This document shows positions 40,701-54,461 of a stretch of DNA of 64,000 bases, piece after piece. The position numbers and the translations under genes were made by a program. The stretch is taken from the NCBI GenBank assembly GCA_965235115.1, contig OZ249436.1, positions 34,782,001 through 34,846,000 of the forward strand, in the 5' to 3' direction. Each line of letters starts with the position of its first letter. The stretch's first letter is position 1. Below the pieces are notes generated by a model, which was given only the letters and a program-made list of their open reading frames with translations, had not been told where the DNA came from and did not search any database. This DNA is from Laetmonice hystrix. Lineage: Eukaryota.

Positions 40701-43600
40701 TCCACACGTACGTAAAAAGGAGAAGCGGCAAGGAATTCCGTCTTTGGGAGTGGGGCAGGCCCGAGGGCTTGAAGTTGGCAGGCAGGCCGGGAAGCTGGCA
40801 GGACGGGATGCAGACATCGTCTCAAAAGTCACTTACTCGGCCGATACATTTCTGATTTTTGAGCGCGCGCCTCTCGAGAGATATTGGATCCGCGACCTGG
40901 TGCAGTGCACCAGCACCAAGAGCAGATACGATGCAGATGAAAAGAAAAAAAGAATTGAATCAATGTCAGTGGTTATCAGTACGTCTCCCGGCCTCGTGCC
41001 GCCGAAATGATAACCATGGCTCGGATAGTGCATGAAGAAGGAAGGATGGCCGGGCCAAGAATAAATCTTCACTCAACTGCACTGAACGGGGGGAGGGTTA
41101 ACGTTTTCATATTGATCACCATATTATGTGAGAAGGTGCTCTGAAAATGTTCTTATATTTCAAGTCAGGCTAAAGATATCTTAAGTGTAGACAAGAGCAG
41201 GCTAAGTTGGAATGCTATTTTTATCAGGTCGTAATTTAAAATGTAGGGTTATGTAGGATTATGTAATTAGACTGAATTGAATCCACTCTTTAAGGCGGCT
41301 ACAGTTGATGAGTTGTATATAAAAGTAATATCTTTCTCATTTGCGTGTCGATGAACATGAACGTTGCCAATTCACGGAAGCACCAGACAGAATCATGCAG
41401 CTGTATAAATAAGTAAAAAGAACCGTTTCTGCCACATGAAAGGCCGTCAGTGGCAGCTAGGTATCCGCAAGGAACGGCCGCAATGGATACAGAACAAGAA
41501 TGGAAGGCCCCCGGAGACCTCCAGCTCCCACATCAAGATGTAATTCTTGTTTGCCCAGTGATACAGAAACCAAAGAACACTGCCAGATAAATTTATCTAC
41601 GCGCCACAGGGAGATCCCGGTGGATGTGGGCGCACGGGCCGAGTCGGAGGTACCGGCTGATAGCTAGCCGTCTCGTGTACCAACGGTACCCGATCACCAG
41701 CACGCAGTATCGGCAGCGAGCTTCCAAACCTTGCCAACTGCATGCTAAGGCAAGGGCAATCTCATGAGGCGAGAAAAAAAGACCTCAGTCAATCTCTATT
41801 AATTACTTGAAGATCGCCATCTTCCAAAACAGCGCGGCCGAGGGTGAGAATGGATTGGTGGGGGTGTGTTTGTCTGTGCAGCCTGACGGGGCCCGGAGGA
41901 CAGGTGTTTGGTGCAGGACGTGGTTTGGTGCTCAGAGTGCACCAGCCCCCGCTCAGATTGATGAGGTCGTTCGTTAGCAAACACTCGGCTGGTTCAACAC
42001 TGGGACGATTGGCACCGCCAAACGGTATACATAAGTAGGGTGTGGGTGGAGAGTGGTGTGAGGGTAATCAACAGGTGAAGGGGTTGGGGGGGGGGGGTGT
42101 GAACATTGTGAAGGTTGGGTCAGGGCTATGTGCGGAATGTACTAAGGTCAATGTGTCCGGTACCAGCATTGTCGGGTTACCATATAGCCGTGTGGAGTGA
42201 TTGTATTCTGATATTGTTGGGTCATAAAGCAGACCAGACTGATCGATTATGTGGGTTTTATCAAGGGTCATGGGTCTGTACACGACAGGGGACCAGGATG
42301 GTACTGCTATTACAGTTAAGACTGGGATGCAGTGTAAAACGGCAAGGTATGATTGGCCACTAGATTACTGAACCTTATTGTGATCTTCAATGGTGAGTTA
42401 TTGGTCACATAATGGCCAGTCTAGTCAGGCGGACTCGGATGTGCAACAATTGTTCAATGGAATTCCTTAAAGAAATGCTCCATTCCTTTGTGTCGTGTTA
42501 CTGCCTTCGTTCTGACAAATATAAAGCTACTGATAACAGTATCTTAAGACGACGATTCTTTTGATTGATCATTGGAAAAGTCGGACGTGCCGTATTAAAA
42601 ATGAGATAATCAAGAGGCCCTGAATTAGTCATTTTATACAAACGTTTTTATCTGAGCTTGTTATGGCGGTAAGTGAATTAATCTGTCTGTATCTCGGATG
42701 CTGCCAGTGGATGAGGCAGTAACTCCTGGAGACGATGACCAGGGATGACGGAGCCGTTGATGGTGTGGGGGAGACAGGGAGAAATGGACCGTCATCAGTG
42801 GGATGGGGTCGGGTGATGATGAGGACCCTGATGGACACCACCGACCGGGCCGGGTGATGGGTCTACCACCTGATCACTCGTGAGGGAAAGGTCATCATCC
42901 TCATTATGAGCTTGGTGGCGATGAGGCGGCAAACCAGCCAGGCCCAGTCATGGAGCTCACAGCCTCCGCAGCAGCAGCAGCCGGCTGCGATGATGGAGGG
43001 CGAACCGTCTGACGCGTTCTGTCATTCGGTATTCTGTCACCGCCACCATCAGGCCGACAGACTGTAGCTCCGTGATTCCACAGGTCAATAGGCCCGTCCT
43101 ATCCCATTCTGGCCAGGCTACTTCACCGCCCCGAGGTGAACAACGCCAACGCTACCACTGACAGTTTGTAGAATGAAGGTACAACTGAAGTGTTCACCAA
43201 AAACTTGTTAACTTGTTTTGGTACAAGTTACTGGTGATGGATAGGTGCCTTGAAAACGCCCTGTGCACTTCCCTTCCAAGGTACTTGTAGCCGCAGGACA
43301 TTAAAGTAAATGGAGTCTTTTCTTTTGTCTTCGCCTATTTTTTCACCCCCCTTCCTTTTTACATGACGCTTCTCAGCATTTTGATTTCCGATAACTGGCA
43401 TGTGGTGATTCATGAGGTACTGTCTTTCCGACTATAGACTGGCACACGTCGGAAGTTGAACTTTATAGTCTAAGGATGAAGGCTGACTGATATACTGAAT
43501 GTCATATTACATACAGTGTCAATTATGAGAAATTCTAAACCGTAATAGAATGTACTTGAGAAATACTGGCATTGACATTGTTACACCACGTGAAGGACAA

Positions 43601-43652
43601 TTAGATACCCCACTTGAAGGTCAGTTAGATACACCATTTGAAGGTCAGTTAG
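43601..43652. repeat. 24-bp tandem repeat, 2 copies plus a degenerate upstream copy
   Basis: ttagataccccacttgaaggtcag / ttagatacaccatttgaaggtcag. Confidence 0.8.
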
Positions 43653-46600
43653 AAGTTTAACCACCCCGCTTCTATTGAAAGAAACGAATTTTATCATGGC
43701 AAGTCACTGCCTGGAATGCACAGATTCAACATGTATACACACCGGTTTTATATCGGTGCAAAACATTTGATCACCATCAGTGCATAAAAAGGAGGGTCTG
43801 CAAGCTGTTTGACTGAAGTAGGGTTGAAAGTTTCCATGTCAGTCACATCGGGAGTCGGTAACTCGATTAGTCCTCCATGGGAGGGCTGACAGTTGGTGGA
43901 AGAGCTATCCACCCTCCGGGCAACGGGTTAACTGAATTACATAACAGTTGGCGGGCACTAACGGTCTCTCTATATCGGGACTTCCCGTAATCCCTGCCCC
44001 TCCCTCCCACAAACTCACACACACAGGGCAAGAGTTCCCAGAGTATCTCAAGGCGCAATCATTAATAGTCCGTCTGTGGATTACCCTGATTTACAAATTA
44101 CCTTTATCCCTGACGTTATCTCCGCCAGGCAAACCGTATGCATTCAAACAAAGGAGTTTGTAAAAACAAGAGAAGTTTCCCACTGCGGTTTGCATGACAC
44201 CATGAGACGGGCATTGTGACAGGACCGAGAGCGAGAAGAGTCTGTGGACGTAATTTGTGGAGGTTGGCTGGGGTAATAAGGGTCACATCGTGGGAACGTA
44301 TGGGTTGGGGACGTAAGGGTGGGTGGGGGAGAGACAATGGTAGGGACGTGCGTCCTGGGGTAGAACTGGGCGCCCAGATCTGTACAGACAACCTCCCCCC
44401 GCCCCAAGCCATCCATTGTGTCACCACCGACCAATCCGCCACTGCTAACACTTGTGCCGCCGCTCCTCACGCCAAGCTCAAAGCACTTCAAATACAAACG
44501 CCGGATATTTTGAGCACGGCTTGTAAATTTCGAGAGCTGACTGGCATTGCGGGAACGGTTCGTTTTGAGCACCCAATTTGCAGGAGATAATGAGGGATGG
44601 AAATGTGATTCACCAGAGACAGAAAGAAGCTCGGTTCAGGAAGTGTGGTCTCCAACATGCCAGGTTATTGCATGAAGCCTGACACTAAGGAAACCTGCGC
44701 TTATTTCTGCTGAGGAGAAATTAATAGCTCTGACATAATAAACCTCGAGTCGCGCCTCCAAAACACACGTCTCCAAGTACAGTATGTACTTTATGTCGGA
44801 GCGTCGGATTCCAACACCTCTATCCGCATGGAGTGTTTAAGTTTCGGGTTAAAACTTTGAAAACGTTCAGGATGCTGTTTCCTGAGGCAGGTAACCGTGA
44901 GATTTCTCACACAAAAGATATCACCAATCTTTGATAGCCCTGGAGGTCGATATTAAACACCGGATGTAATACCACAAATTAAGGGGTTCTGTCTTCGACA
45001 AAAGAAGATAAAGCTGGAACTGTGTGTGATTAAATGTCTATTAGTCACTATAGCATGTAAATCATGTTCCAAATTAACACGTTGGTTAGGTGTATGACAA
45101 ATATATCCGAACTGAATGGCATATATTGTAAACTATTCACATGCATGAAAACCACCACTGCCGTTCATGGTGAACGTGTTCTACCCTCCCGAACTAATCG
45201 CAGAAATCAGTGGCAGAGATAATCATAAACCTGGAATGTCGGCAATGGGTCAGAAAATACCCACCGGCCGGAGCCAAGCCTGGATGTAACGCCCTGTTCG
45301 GGCCAGTTTTCTTTGACCAGTGTCCAGTCGGTGGTCAGTCCTGACCAGTGTGGTTGGACATTGGCCAAGGTCAAAGGGTACACCCAGGGAGAAGTCCATC
45401 CACTCCGGTAGGGTTCGAAGGTGAAGGTGTGCAATGGTGCACCTATTGTGTTTCAAGGTAGTGCTGAATTACATTACAAAAACCCTAAGTTGTCTTGGTC
45501 AATCGCTGTGTGCCTAACCGGAATAATATTAGTTTATGGAAAAAGAAATCGAGGTACTTTAGGTGTATCTAGTATCGCTGTGAGCAACGGTCCGACTTGG
45601 AAAATGTGGGCCAGTGGAAAAAGGGATCGTCGTAATGCCTCGAAGGGAGAGGGCGAGGCTGGACTTATAGAGGCTTACGACATGATATAGAAACTCCCTG
45701 CCAAAGTCCAACTTGGCATTTCCATTGTTAACGTGTTATCCCACTTATAGACTCAGCTGTTCTTATATCCCCGAATCTGGAAAAAATGGTGGAAACCTAA
45801 ATACCGCCTGTAACTCTAGCTCTCCATTTATATAGTCAATCACATAGTTACATTTTTGGTTGGAGTTTCTAAACGGACATTTTTGGTTTCAAAACGGTCA
45901 ACATTGACCATAGTAGGTAAATGTCGGAGTTGCATGCGACTAGTGTAACTTATTGTACATATAGCATGTGGCCATGGTTGGTGGGGTTGGGAGTTCATGT
46001 TTGTATGAAATTATTGTTCATAATGTATCAGGTCACGACCCAGTCCGACAATGGATCTAGACGGCCAACTCTGTGTATTCAAACGAAACACTAAGAACTG
46101 TGTATTTTTTCAATGAATGAGGAAACCACTTCATCTGTTTGAAAAGCGCCAAGGTTTCTCCAAGGACGACAGACCGTTACAGCCACCCGTCCCGGTTTCC
46201 TTTTGACCTAGGGGGAAGATAAATTGAAAGAAAGGACAAATCCTGTTACACAGTGAGGGGTCAGTCCTTCCACAGCCGCGGGTCAGAGATCCCACTTCAG
46301 TCAACAAGAAAGTTAATACACTGCAACTGGTGCACTCTGCAAGTCACATGGTCTTAATCTGCCCCTTTACAAAGAGCAAGAGTAAGGGGGGGTTGTCTGA
46401 TCTACCCCTAGTTCTGTGTTGACACATAGCAGTGCCCCAGGGTTTGGCAAACTCAGGCCATACACTCGTTCCTGTTTCGGTACATGCCCTTTTTGGAGCT
46501 TCCAAGCCGTTTAGTGACTGGTAAATTGTGTGTAAAGATCCAACAGTTGGAAGTACAAACGTTATTGGATCAGGTACATTCAGTGTGGTTGATATCTAAA

Positions 46601-46843
46601 CCCCCTGCAGCAGTTCTCTGGTCAGTAGGGTATATTGAGCTCTAGGGGTGATTGCCTGAATTGGAAGGATAAATCCCTCTGATAACATCCAGGATCGTCA
46701 GGCCTGAACAAACAGTTCTCCTGTCTGTAAGCTGTCACCAGAGGGCAGCCTACCAGTACTTTCTTGTTGATATGACTGATAATATCACATTTATGTCCAG
46801 GAGATGGTACTTTTTCTAATATTATATTTTTTGTGTTTTCCAG

Positions 46844-46906
46844 AAAATTGAGTGGACGGCCAAGGAGTCGGACATCACCTCGTGTCGGTTACGACAGAAA
46901 AGTTCG
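46844..46906 (+). CDS. Sema1a: Semaphorin exon C: KIEWTAKESDITSCRLRQKSS
   Basis: ttttccag acceptor and TCG|gtaagt donor; 63 nt, phase 0/0; contains IEW and the conserved Cys. Confidence 0.9.
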
Positions 46907-49337
46907 GTAAGTAATGTCATGTCTGATGACGTACTATATATGTCATGTACCTGGTGACATATACCTGGACTAAAAGTTCACTAAATACCGTAATGACTGA
47001 TGACATATAACATATGCCAACTACCTTGTCCCATACCTATACTCACCATGTAATGACACGCCCACGATTCTGCAGGGTGGGGTCCATTATGTTTTGTGAG
47101 ACTTTTTTTCAAAACTCAAACGTTTAACAAAAACATGTATTCACTTTCACAATGATGCACTATTAGAGCACCGTGCCCGACAAAAACAACTCGCCAGGAA
47201 CTTTGTTAAAAAACCCAGTGAAAAGATTTAGCGTTTGTTTGGAGAGTAGATGAACATGATGTGGTGTTAGAGACAAGGTCAGGTGGCAATATTAGTGCCC
47301 GAGACGGGCCCATGGTCAAGAGGTGACAATGTGAGCTGGACATGTGCCACCCAAAGTCAATCTGTCCCTGTCTCTACTACTTATTATAGAACCGTACTCG
47401 GCAAACTTTTGCCCTTCGCATGGCAAGTATTATTGATACACTGCCAAAGCGTGAGAGATGCATACAAAAGCTCATTGTGATTCTATCATGCAAAGGGGCT
47501 TATTTTTCAAACAACTCATGTTTGCATGACATTTGGGAATATTTGTTACATTGTGTATGTCGATGTGGTGGTCAGGAATACATATGTTTGTTTGCGGTCA
47601 TTTTAGGGGTCACCTTGATCGAAGTCTACCGATCTCCGCCAGTAGGTTCTCGCTCGTTCGAAAACTTTGAACTTTTCCATGAAAAGAATTCTATGGTAAA
47701 CATCCTCGCACATCCTGTGCCTCTTCAATTGTATTTCCGACGAGGAACGACCAGTAAAGTGTTATTGAAAACGTGTCTTTTGCCGGAAACCGAAGTTTGC
47801 TGAAAGGACTGGTAGTTAAAGGAAAGTCTTGTTGCCCGGAAATTGAAAACGGATTTTTTTGTAGTTCTGTGAACTGAATCTTGGACTGGTTTTAAGAATA
47901 GGGTACCGTGTGTAGGCCAAGGAACTGTTTAGGTGGTTCTGGTAAGATGTTAATAATCTCAGACTGATCACTGTAGACACATCGGTAAATAGACAGGAAT
48001 TATAGCACTAGGTTAACTTTATAACCAGGTTGGTTTTTCTACTGCGGAGCCGTAAAACTACGTCATTATAATCGAATTTCTAAACGATCCATCACTTCCA
48101 AAATGAACGTCTCCTGCTCCGGACCCTGTCTCCCTAGTGACGTATGCTTGTTAATGTACTTGTTGATAGGGAAAACACGGCTTTCTCTTCCGAAGGTTCT
48201 ATAATTACTGAAGAAATGGACTTTTTTCCTCATAGTTTAAGTGTGATTACATGCATATTACAATATTTATATTAGATATTTCATGGAAAGAGGACGGGTT
48301 GGGAAAATATTGCTGTTCGAAATGTTGTTCCTCAAAAGAATGTAATGGGATGGCAGTAGATTAACCTTGTATTGACGGTTGGTAAAGAGTAGCCCCCCAC
48401 TTCCAACTATTATCAGTTGGTTATCGCTAAGTGTTGCTCATAACCGGGATGTAAATGTTTCTCCATAACGATTGTAGTGAATGCTGAGGCTTTGCTGAGG
48501 CTATTGTCTTCCTCCTCCTCCTCCGTCCCCGCCATTCACTCAACACTTAACAGGATAGCATTTCGCTGCTCCGCTCGAGTCTAGGCTGGCAGAATGGCCA
48601 TGGCAAAACAATTAGCCGTATGAACACGAACAGGGAAGTGCCATTAGAGAGTTGCCAGGAAAGTCGGCTGTCTCCCTCTCCCCCGCCTGACACAGCTCCG
48701 CCTGGCTGCCATTCCGATCCGGCTGCACCGCCGACAATGGCATGCACACTTAGCGGTAACCCTTTTAAACTCCAGTCCCGACCGTGTAATCTTTTACTGT
48801 CGACTATTTACCTTACCGTGAAGAAAACAAGCCAAAAGAAAAACAAATCTGGACGTAGACAGAATGTGTGCGATTCACAGGGTTTTTGCGAAAAAGCAGA
48901 CCTTTTTCCGTGCTAAGATATCATCTATGTACGTTTCCTAAATAGGCAGACCTTGTTATAGATAACTACGTAGGGTACCTGTGTAAAATATTTTAAAAGA
49001 ATTATCGGTAATTAACTAAAACAACAGTAAAGGATAAACATGTTTACTATTTAGGACAGGGCTATCATGTGAAATCAGTGCCAGAAATGATTGGTATACC
49101 TCATTTCTTGAACCCGGTCAAGTGTAGGGGGGGTTGATATGTTTGCACCATCTGTCCATCTGACCCATCTGTAGAAGGGCCAGATCCACAGATGGGTTTG
49201 TAACATATTAATATTACATACATGTGTACATTCAATTTTTGATCTTCAAAAGCCATCATTTTCCCAGCTCTTCATAGCCAGAGAAATCTCTTCATTTTAA
49301 TGAACTGTTTATGCATGGTGTCATTTTCTACTTGCAG

Positions 49338-49448
49338 GTCGAATGTCAGAATTACATCAGGGTCATAGTGAACAAGACGGAGTCTGAGTTACTGATCTGT
49401 GGGACCAATGCCTTCAAACCATGGTGTAAAACCTTCCGCAATGACCCG
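49338..49448 (+). CDS. Sema1a: Semaphorin exon D: VECQNYIRVIVNKTESELLICGTNAFKPWCKTFRNDP
   Basis: cttgcag acceptor and CCG|gtaagt donor; 111 nt, phase 0/0; CxNYIR and CGTNAFxPxC hallmark motifs. Confidence 0.95.
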
Positions 49449-50542
49449 GTAAGTACTAACAGTGGGCAGTCAATGGTAGCCGTGTATCAGGATGGAGTCT
49501 GAGTCACTGATCTGTGGGACCAATGCCTTCAAACCATGGTGTAAAACCTACCGCAATGACCCGGTAAGTACTAACAGAGGGCAGTCAATGGTAGCCGTGT
49601 ATCAGGATGGATTCTGAGTCACTGATCTGTGGGACCAATGCCTTCAAACCATGGTGTAAAACCTACCGCAATGACCCGGTAAGTACTAACAGAGGGCAGT
49701 CAATGGTAGCCGTGTATCAGGATGGATTCTGAGTCACTGATCTGTGGGACCAATGCCTTCAAACCATGGTGTAAAACCTTCCGCAATGACCCGGTAAGTA
49801 CTAACAGAGGGCAGTCAATGGTAGCCGTGTATCAGGATGGAGTCACTGATCTGTGGGACCAATGGTGTAAAACCTACCGCAATGACCCGGTAAGTACTAA
49901 CAGAGGGCAGTCAATGGTAGCCGTGTATCAGGATGGAGTCTGAGTCACTGATCTGTGGGACCAATGGTGTAAAACCTACCGCAATGACCCGGTAAGTACT
50001 AACAGAGGGCAGTCAATGGTAGCCGTGTATCAGGATGGAGTCTGAGTCACTGATCTGTGGGACCAATGGTGTAAAACCTACCGCAATGACCCGGTAAGTA
50101 CTAACAGAGGGCAGTCAATGGTAGCCGTGTATCAGGATGGAGTCTGAGTCACTGATCTGTGGGACCAATGGTGTAAAACCTACCGCAATGACCCGGTAAG
50201 TACTAACAGAGGGCAGTCAATGGTAGCCGTGTATCAGGATGGAGTCACTGATCTGTGGGACCAATGGTGTAAAACCTACCGCAATGACCCGGTAAGTACT
50301 AACAGAGGGCAGTCAATGGTAGCCGTGTATCAGGATGGAGTCTGAGTCACTGATCTGTGGGACCAATGGTGTAAAACCTACCGCAATGACCCGGTAAGTA
50401 CTAACAGAGGGCAGTCAATGGTAGCCGTGTATCAGGATGGAGTCTGAGTCACTGATCTGTGGGACCAATGGTGTAAAACTTACCGCAATGACCCGGTAAG
50501 TACTAACAGAGGGCAGTCAATGGTAGCCGTGTATCAGGACGG
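49376..50542 (+). repeat. Exon D 3'-end plus donor tandem array; 11 donor sites; units of 115, 102 and 96 bp
   Basis: CCG|GTAAGT donors with GT at 49449, 49564, 49679, 49794, 49890, 49992, 50094, 50196, 50292, 50394 and 50496. Confidence 0.97.
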
Positions 50543-51420
50543 GCCAGCTGCTCCCCAGTCAGCATACCAGTAAACCTGTCCACACGACCAGTAACGTTCC
50601 CAAGGCAGCAAGGACCCAACGTTTGAACATCAACAAAATCTCCCTGGCCGTCAAAAGTCGGCGGTTATTTATCGTAGCTGTCAGGGATGAGGGATAGACC
50701 ATGTTAGACATGGATGAAGTATTAGGTTTATTGTTATTGAAGCTTTCATTCGTCACGTATTCGTAGGAAGTTTGGGATTAGTAGCAGGGAGGAGAGGATC
50801 GTAGGTGATGAATGGGGTTCTATTGTCTGCGGGATTATGGGTTCCCACGTGGCTCCAGGTATGAGGGTTGTGTAGGGGTTGTGTACCACTGTCTGGGATC
50901 AGTGCACTAATGCCTTATGATTACCACTAAGTGCAGAGGTAGATCTAGCGGAACTAAGCATTGTTATAATATGGGAGGCGTGGTCTAAAGCGCCATCAGG
51001 CATGAGTTTTTGATGGGGGAGATGGGGGAGTAAACGTGGTTTGAACAGTACCCATCAGTTTGGGTATAGCCTTATGAAAGGTGCCCCGGGCACTTAGAAA
51101 TTAATTGGTTCCGAATGTTTTTCAAATTATGCCTTGTATTTCTATCTGCGATACAGATTGCAAGGTAGAATGTGAGAACGTGTCATATGTAAACGATCTG
51201 ATATATGAAATATGGATTCAGTTGAAGCAGATTATTTATTATGAGAAATAGACACAGTGGTAATAGAGAAACTGCAGGTGTTCACTGGGAAATGGCAGTT
51301 ATCAACCTGACGATCTATAGTACAGATAACACAGACCAGGTACGGGCTAGGAGGGAAGTGGTTGGTAACAATTACAGGTAGCTGGATGTTATCATGTTCA
51401 CACTGTGGCTGGCTGCCTTG

Positions 51421-52511
51421 CTGAGACATTGTCTGGAGGGCAGCAGTGCAAACCGCTGTATGGGATTCTGAGACATTGTCTAGAAAGCAGCAGTGCAGAC
51501 TGCTGTATGGGATGCTGAGACCTTAATTGTCTGGAGGCCAGAAATGCAGACTGCTGTATGGGATGCTGAGACACTGTCTGGTGGGTAGCAGTGCAGACCG
51601 CTGTATTGGATGCTTAATTGTCTGGAGAGTAGCGGTGCAGACAGCAGTATGGGATGCTGAGACCTTGTGTGGAGGGCAGCAGTGCAGACAGCAGTAAGGG
51701 ATGCTGAGACCTTGTGTGGAGGGCAGCAGTGCAGACAGCAGTAAGGGATGCTGAGACCTTGTGTGGAGGGCAACAGTGCAGACAGCAGTATGGGATGCTG
51801 AGACCTTGTGTGGAGGGCAGCAGTGCAGACAGCAGTAAGGGATGCTGAGACCTTGTGTGGAGGGCAACAGTGCAGACAGCAGTAAGGGATGCTGAGACCT
51901 TGTGTGGAGGGCAGCAGTATGACCGCTGTATGGGATGCTGAGACCTTATTTGTCTGGATAGTGCAGGCAGCAGTATGGGATGCTGAGACCTTGTGTGGAG
52001 GGCAACAGTGCAGACAGCAGTAAGGGATGCTGAGACCTTGTGTGGAGGGCAGCAGTACAGACAGCAGTAAGGGATGCTGAGACCTTGTGTGGAGGGCAAC
52101 AGTGCAGACAGCAGTAAGGGATGCTGAGACCTTGTGTGGAGGGCAGCAGTGTGACCGCTGTATGGGATGTTGAGACCTTATTTGTCTGGATAGTAGCAGT
52201 GCAGGCAGCAGTATGGGATGCTGAGACCCTGTGTGAAGGGTAGCAGTGCAGACTGGTGTATGGGATGCTGAGACACGGTCTGGTGGGTAGCAGTGCAGGC
52301 AGCTGTAAGGGGTGCTGAGACACTGTGTGAAGGGTAGCAGCGCAGACTGTTGTATGAGATGCTGAGACACCGTCTGGTGGGTAGCAGTGCAGGCAGCTGT
52401 ATGGGATGTTGAGACCCTGTGTGGACAGTAGCAGCGCAGACTGCTGTATGGGATGCTGAGACACGGTCTGGTGGGTAGCAGTGCAGGCAGCAGTAAGGGA
52501 TGCTGAGACAT
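51421..52511. repeat. 47-bp minisatellite, about 22-23 copies (GGGATGCTGAGACCTTGTGTGGAGGGCAGCAGTGCAGACAGCAGTAA)
   Basis: Units read directly; the 47-aa period in the minus-strand ORFs equals 3 units. Confidence 0.95.
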
Positions 52512-54376
52512 TTTCTAGTATACGACAGCGCCGGTTGTTTGTATGCCATGCTGAGAGTTCCGTCCGCCGGGTAGAAGCACGGTTTGTCGTGTACATACAG
52601 TCCGTCGTGTATGGCCGAAAGCAAGTCAGTGGTGATGAGGCCATTAATACCAATACACGACCAGTGCATGACATTATCAGGGCTTGTACACGGCCTCCAG
52701 GTATGGCACTAATAAATGGCAGTCTGCAGCATCCATCTCAATGTTAGCCCCCCCCCCGGTCATGTCCGGGGACCGCATACGGACCATTCTGAGATCCCTG
52801 ACGGCCAATGTTCAGTCCAACATTGGAGCCACTCGGAGAAAAAGGCCTGGAGGTTTGGTGAGGGGGTTGGGGGTGGAGGGGGGTTATAGAACTGGAGGAA
52901 CTCAGGGGTGAATCAGCCCGACGTCCAGCAGCGGGAGCCTTGCCAGGTGCCACGCTCTGATAGCAGAGCAAATAAAAAGGAGCCAATAAAAACAGCCCGA
53001 GCTGTTTGGGGCTAAAGAAAACAGGCTGGGTGGAGGGGCGCGCACGTTGACAGAGGCCCAGGCCTGAATCAGGCCAGTTAGGATGCCCTTTCAGGCCCGC
53101 TCCACAACCGCAGAATGCAAACATGTTGGGATAACGCTTCAATTCTGGCCACTCTGGAGGAGGACTAACACAGGGTTGAATTGGCCTGGGTTTGTATTCC
53201 CTGCTCCCACGTGTCCCCGACCCCTCACAACCAGATACCCCCACCCCACCCCACCCACTGGATGCAGTATCAGGGGTTGTATATTTATCAGGTACCATCT
53301 ATCAGTAACATGTTGGCCTCCAGCCCTACTCCAAACCCACACAGTTAGAACACAAGTGTGGACATGAAATTGGCGGCCGGTGCGGCGGGCCCCACAGCCA
53401 ACAGTTTTACCGTAATGTAGGCCTACAGGCGGCCAGAGAATGAGTAACATTGGGGCTGAAAGGTTGACAACCCGTCGGTTCGATAAGCCAGATACAGCGA
53501 ATGAGGGGGAGAGTGAAAAAAAAGGATGCAGGTGAAAATAGCGATGTGATATGTGGCTAGGCGGTCGAGGCAGGTCGGGGAAAGATGCCGGTAGTGATGC
53601 CCTTGGCAAGACTTCTGTCGTCTGGCGGCGGTTTGAAGTGGGATTGGGTGCACGGAGATCACAGCAGACCTATGAAAGCTACCAGTTGTATCTGCTGGTT
53701 GTTGTTGGGTGTCATCTAGTTGTTCCATCGTTTCCCAGCTGTCGAATGGTTGAGTAGATGGCAATCACTGGCGTGGCAGATGAGATAATGCATGCAGTGT
53801 ATATGACATATGACCTTTCACGACATACGGCCGGAAAGGCGAGATGACATATTGGGTTGTCTACACTAACCCACTGTACACAGTCTGTGGAAAAAATTAC
53901 TCTACCTATCGCCAAAAAAACACTCAGATAGAGTATATTGGGCTGGGGTGTTTTTATATAAGATATGTATGCGGTGTTTATGATACATGTTGCCTGTATG
54001 AAGCGTGGTATACGTATAAACTTGAGTTGCCCGTTAGGAATTAGGAATTAAAAATAAGCAGTTTGTGGTTAAGGCATTGAAATTGTCGGTATTCTAAGCG
54101 CAAATATAGCAACACTTGGCTAAAAGCCGGTTATAGAAACTGCGCGATTGATGAATTCAGTACCGGTATACATGTCTGTCTCAATATTCATGAAAAACTT
54201 CCCCGGTCATGTCGAATATTCTCGGCTATGTATCATGGTATACCGTACCGTAAGGCCGCTGGAGGTGGTTTTAATACTGTTGATGGGTCCTATATCAGTG
54301 TATACTGTGACAGTCTGTGTGTGTTTAGGGATATTTTTTTACATGCTTCATGTTGCTACCTGTTGACGTGTTTCAG

Positions 54377-54461
54377 GGAACCTACAGTTATATTGGAGAG
54401 GAGAGTGGCCTGGCCAAGTGTCCGTTTTCATCCGAGCAGAACAGTACAGTGGTCTATGCTG
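54377..54461 (+). CDS. Sema1a: Semaphorin exon E: GTYSYIGEESGLAKCPFSSEQNSTVVYA
   Basis: tttcag acceptor and G|gtaag donor; 85 nt, phase 0 to 1; G-x-AKCPF motif. Confidence 0.93.

Noticed and set aside
49376-50542. CRISPR-like appearance of the regular repeats (also 61464-62020 and 26952-27447)
   Set aside because: There are no unique spacers and no cas genes, the context is a eukaryotic intron, and the units are head-to-tail copies.
51480-52674. Long minus-strand ORFs (343, 242, 163 and 161 aa), Cys/His/Pro-rich
   Set aside because: They are translations of the 47-bp minisatellite (47-aa period = 3 units) and have no gene structure.
53139-53609. RRVVNLS resembling the N-terminus of Penelope-like elements
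   Set aside because: A five-residue similarity only; no RT or GIY-YIG motifs nearby.
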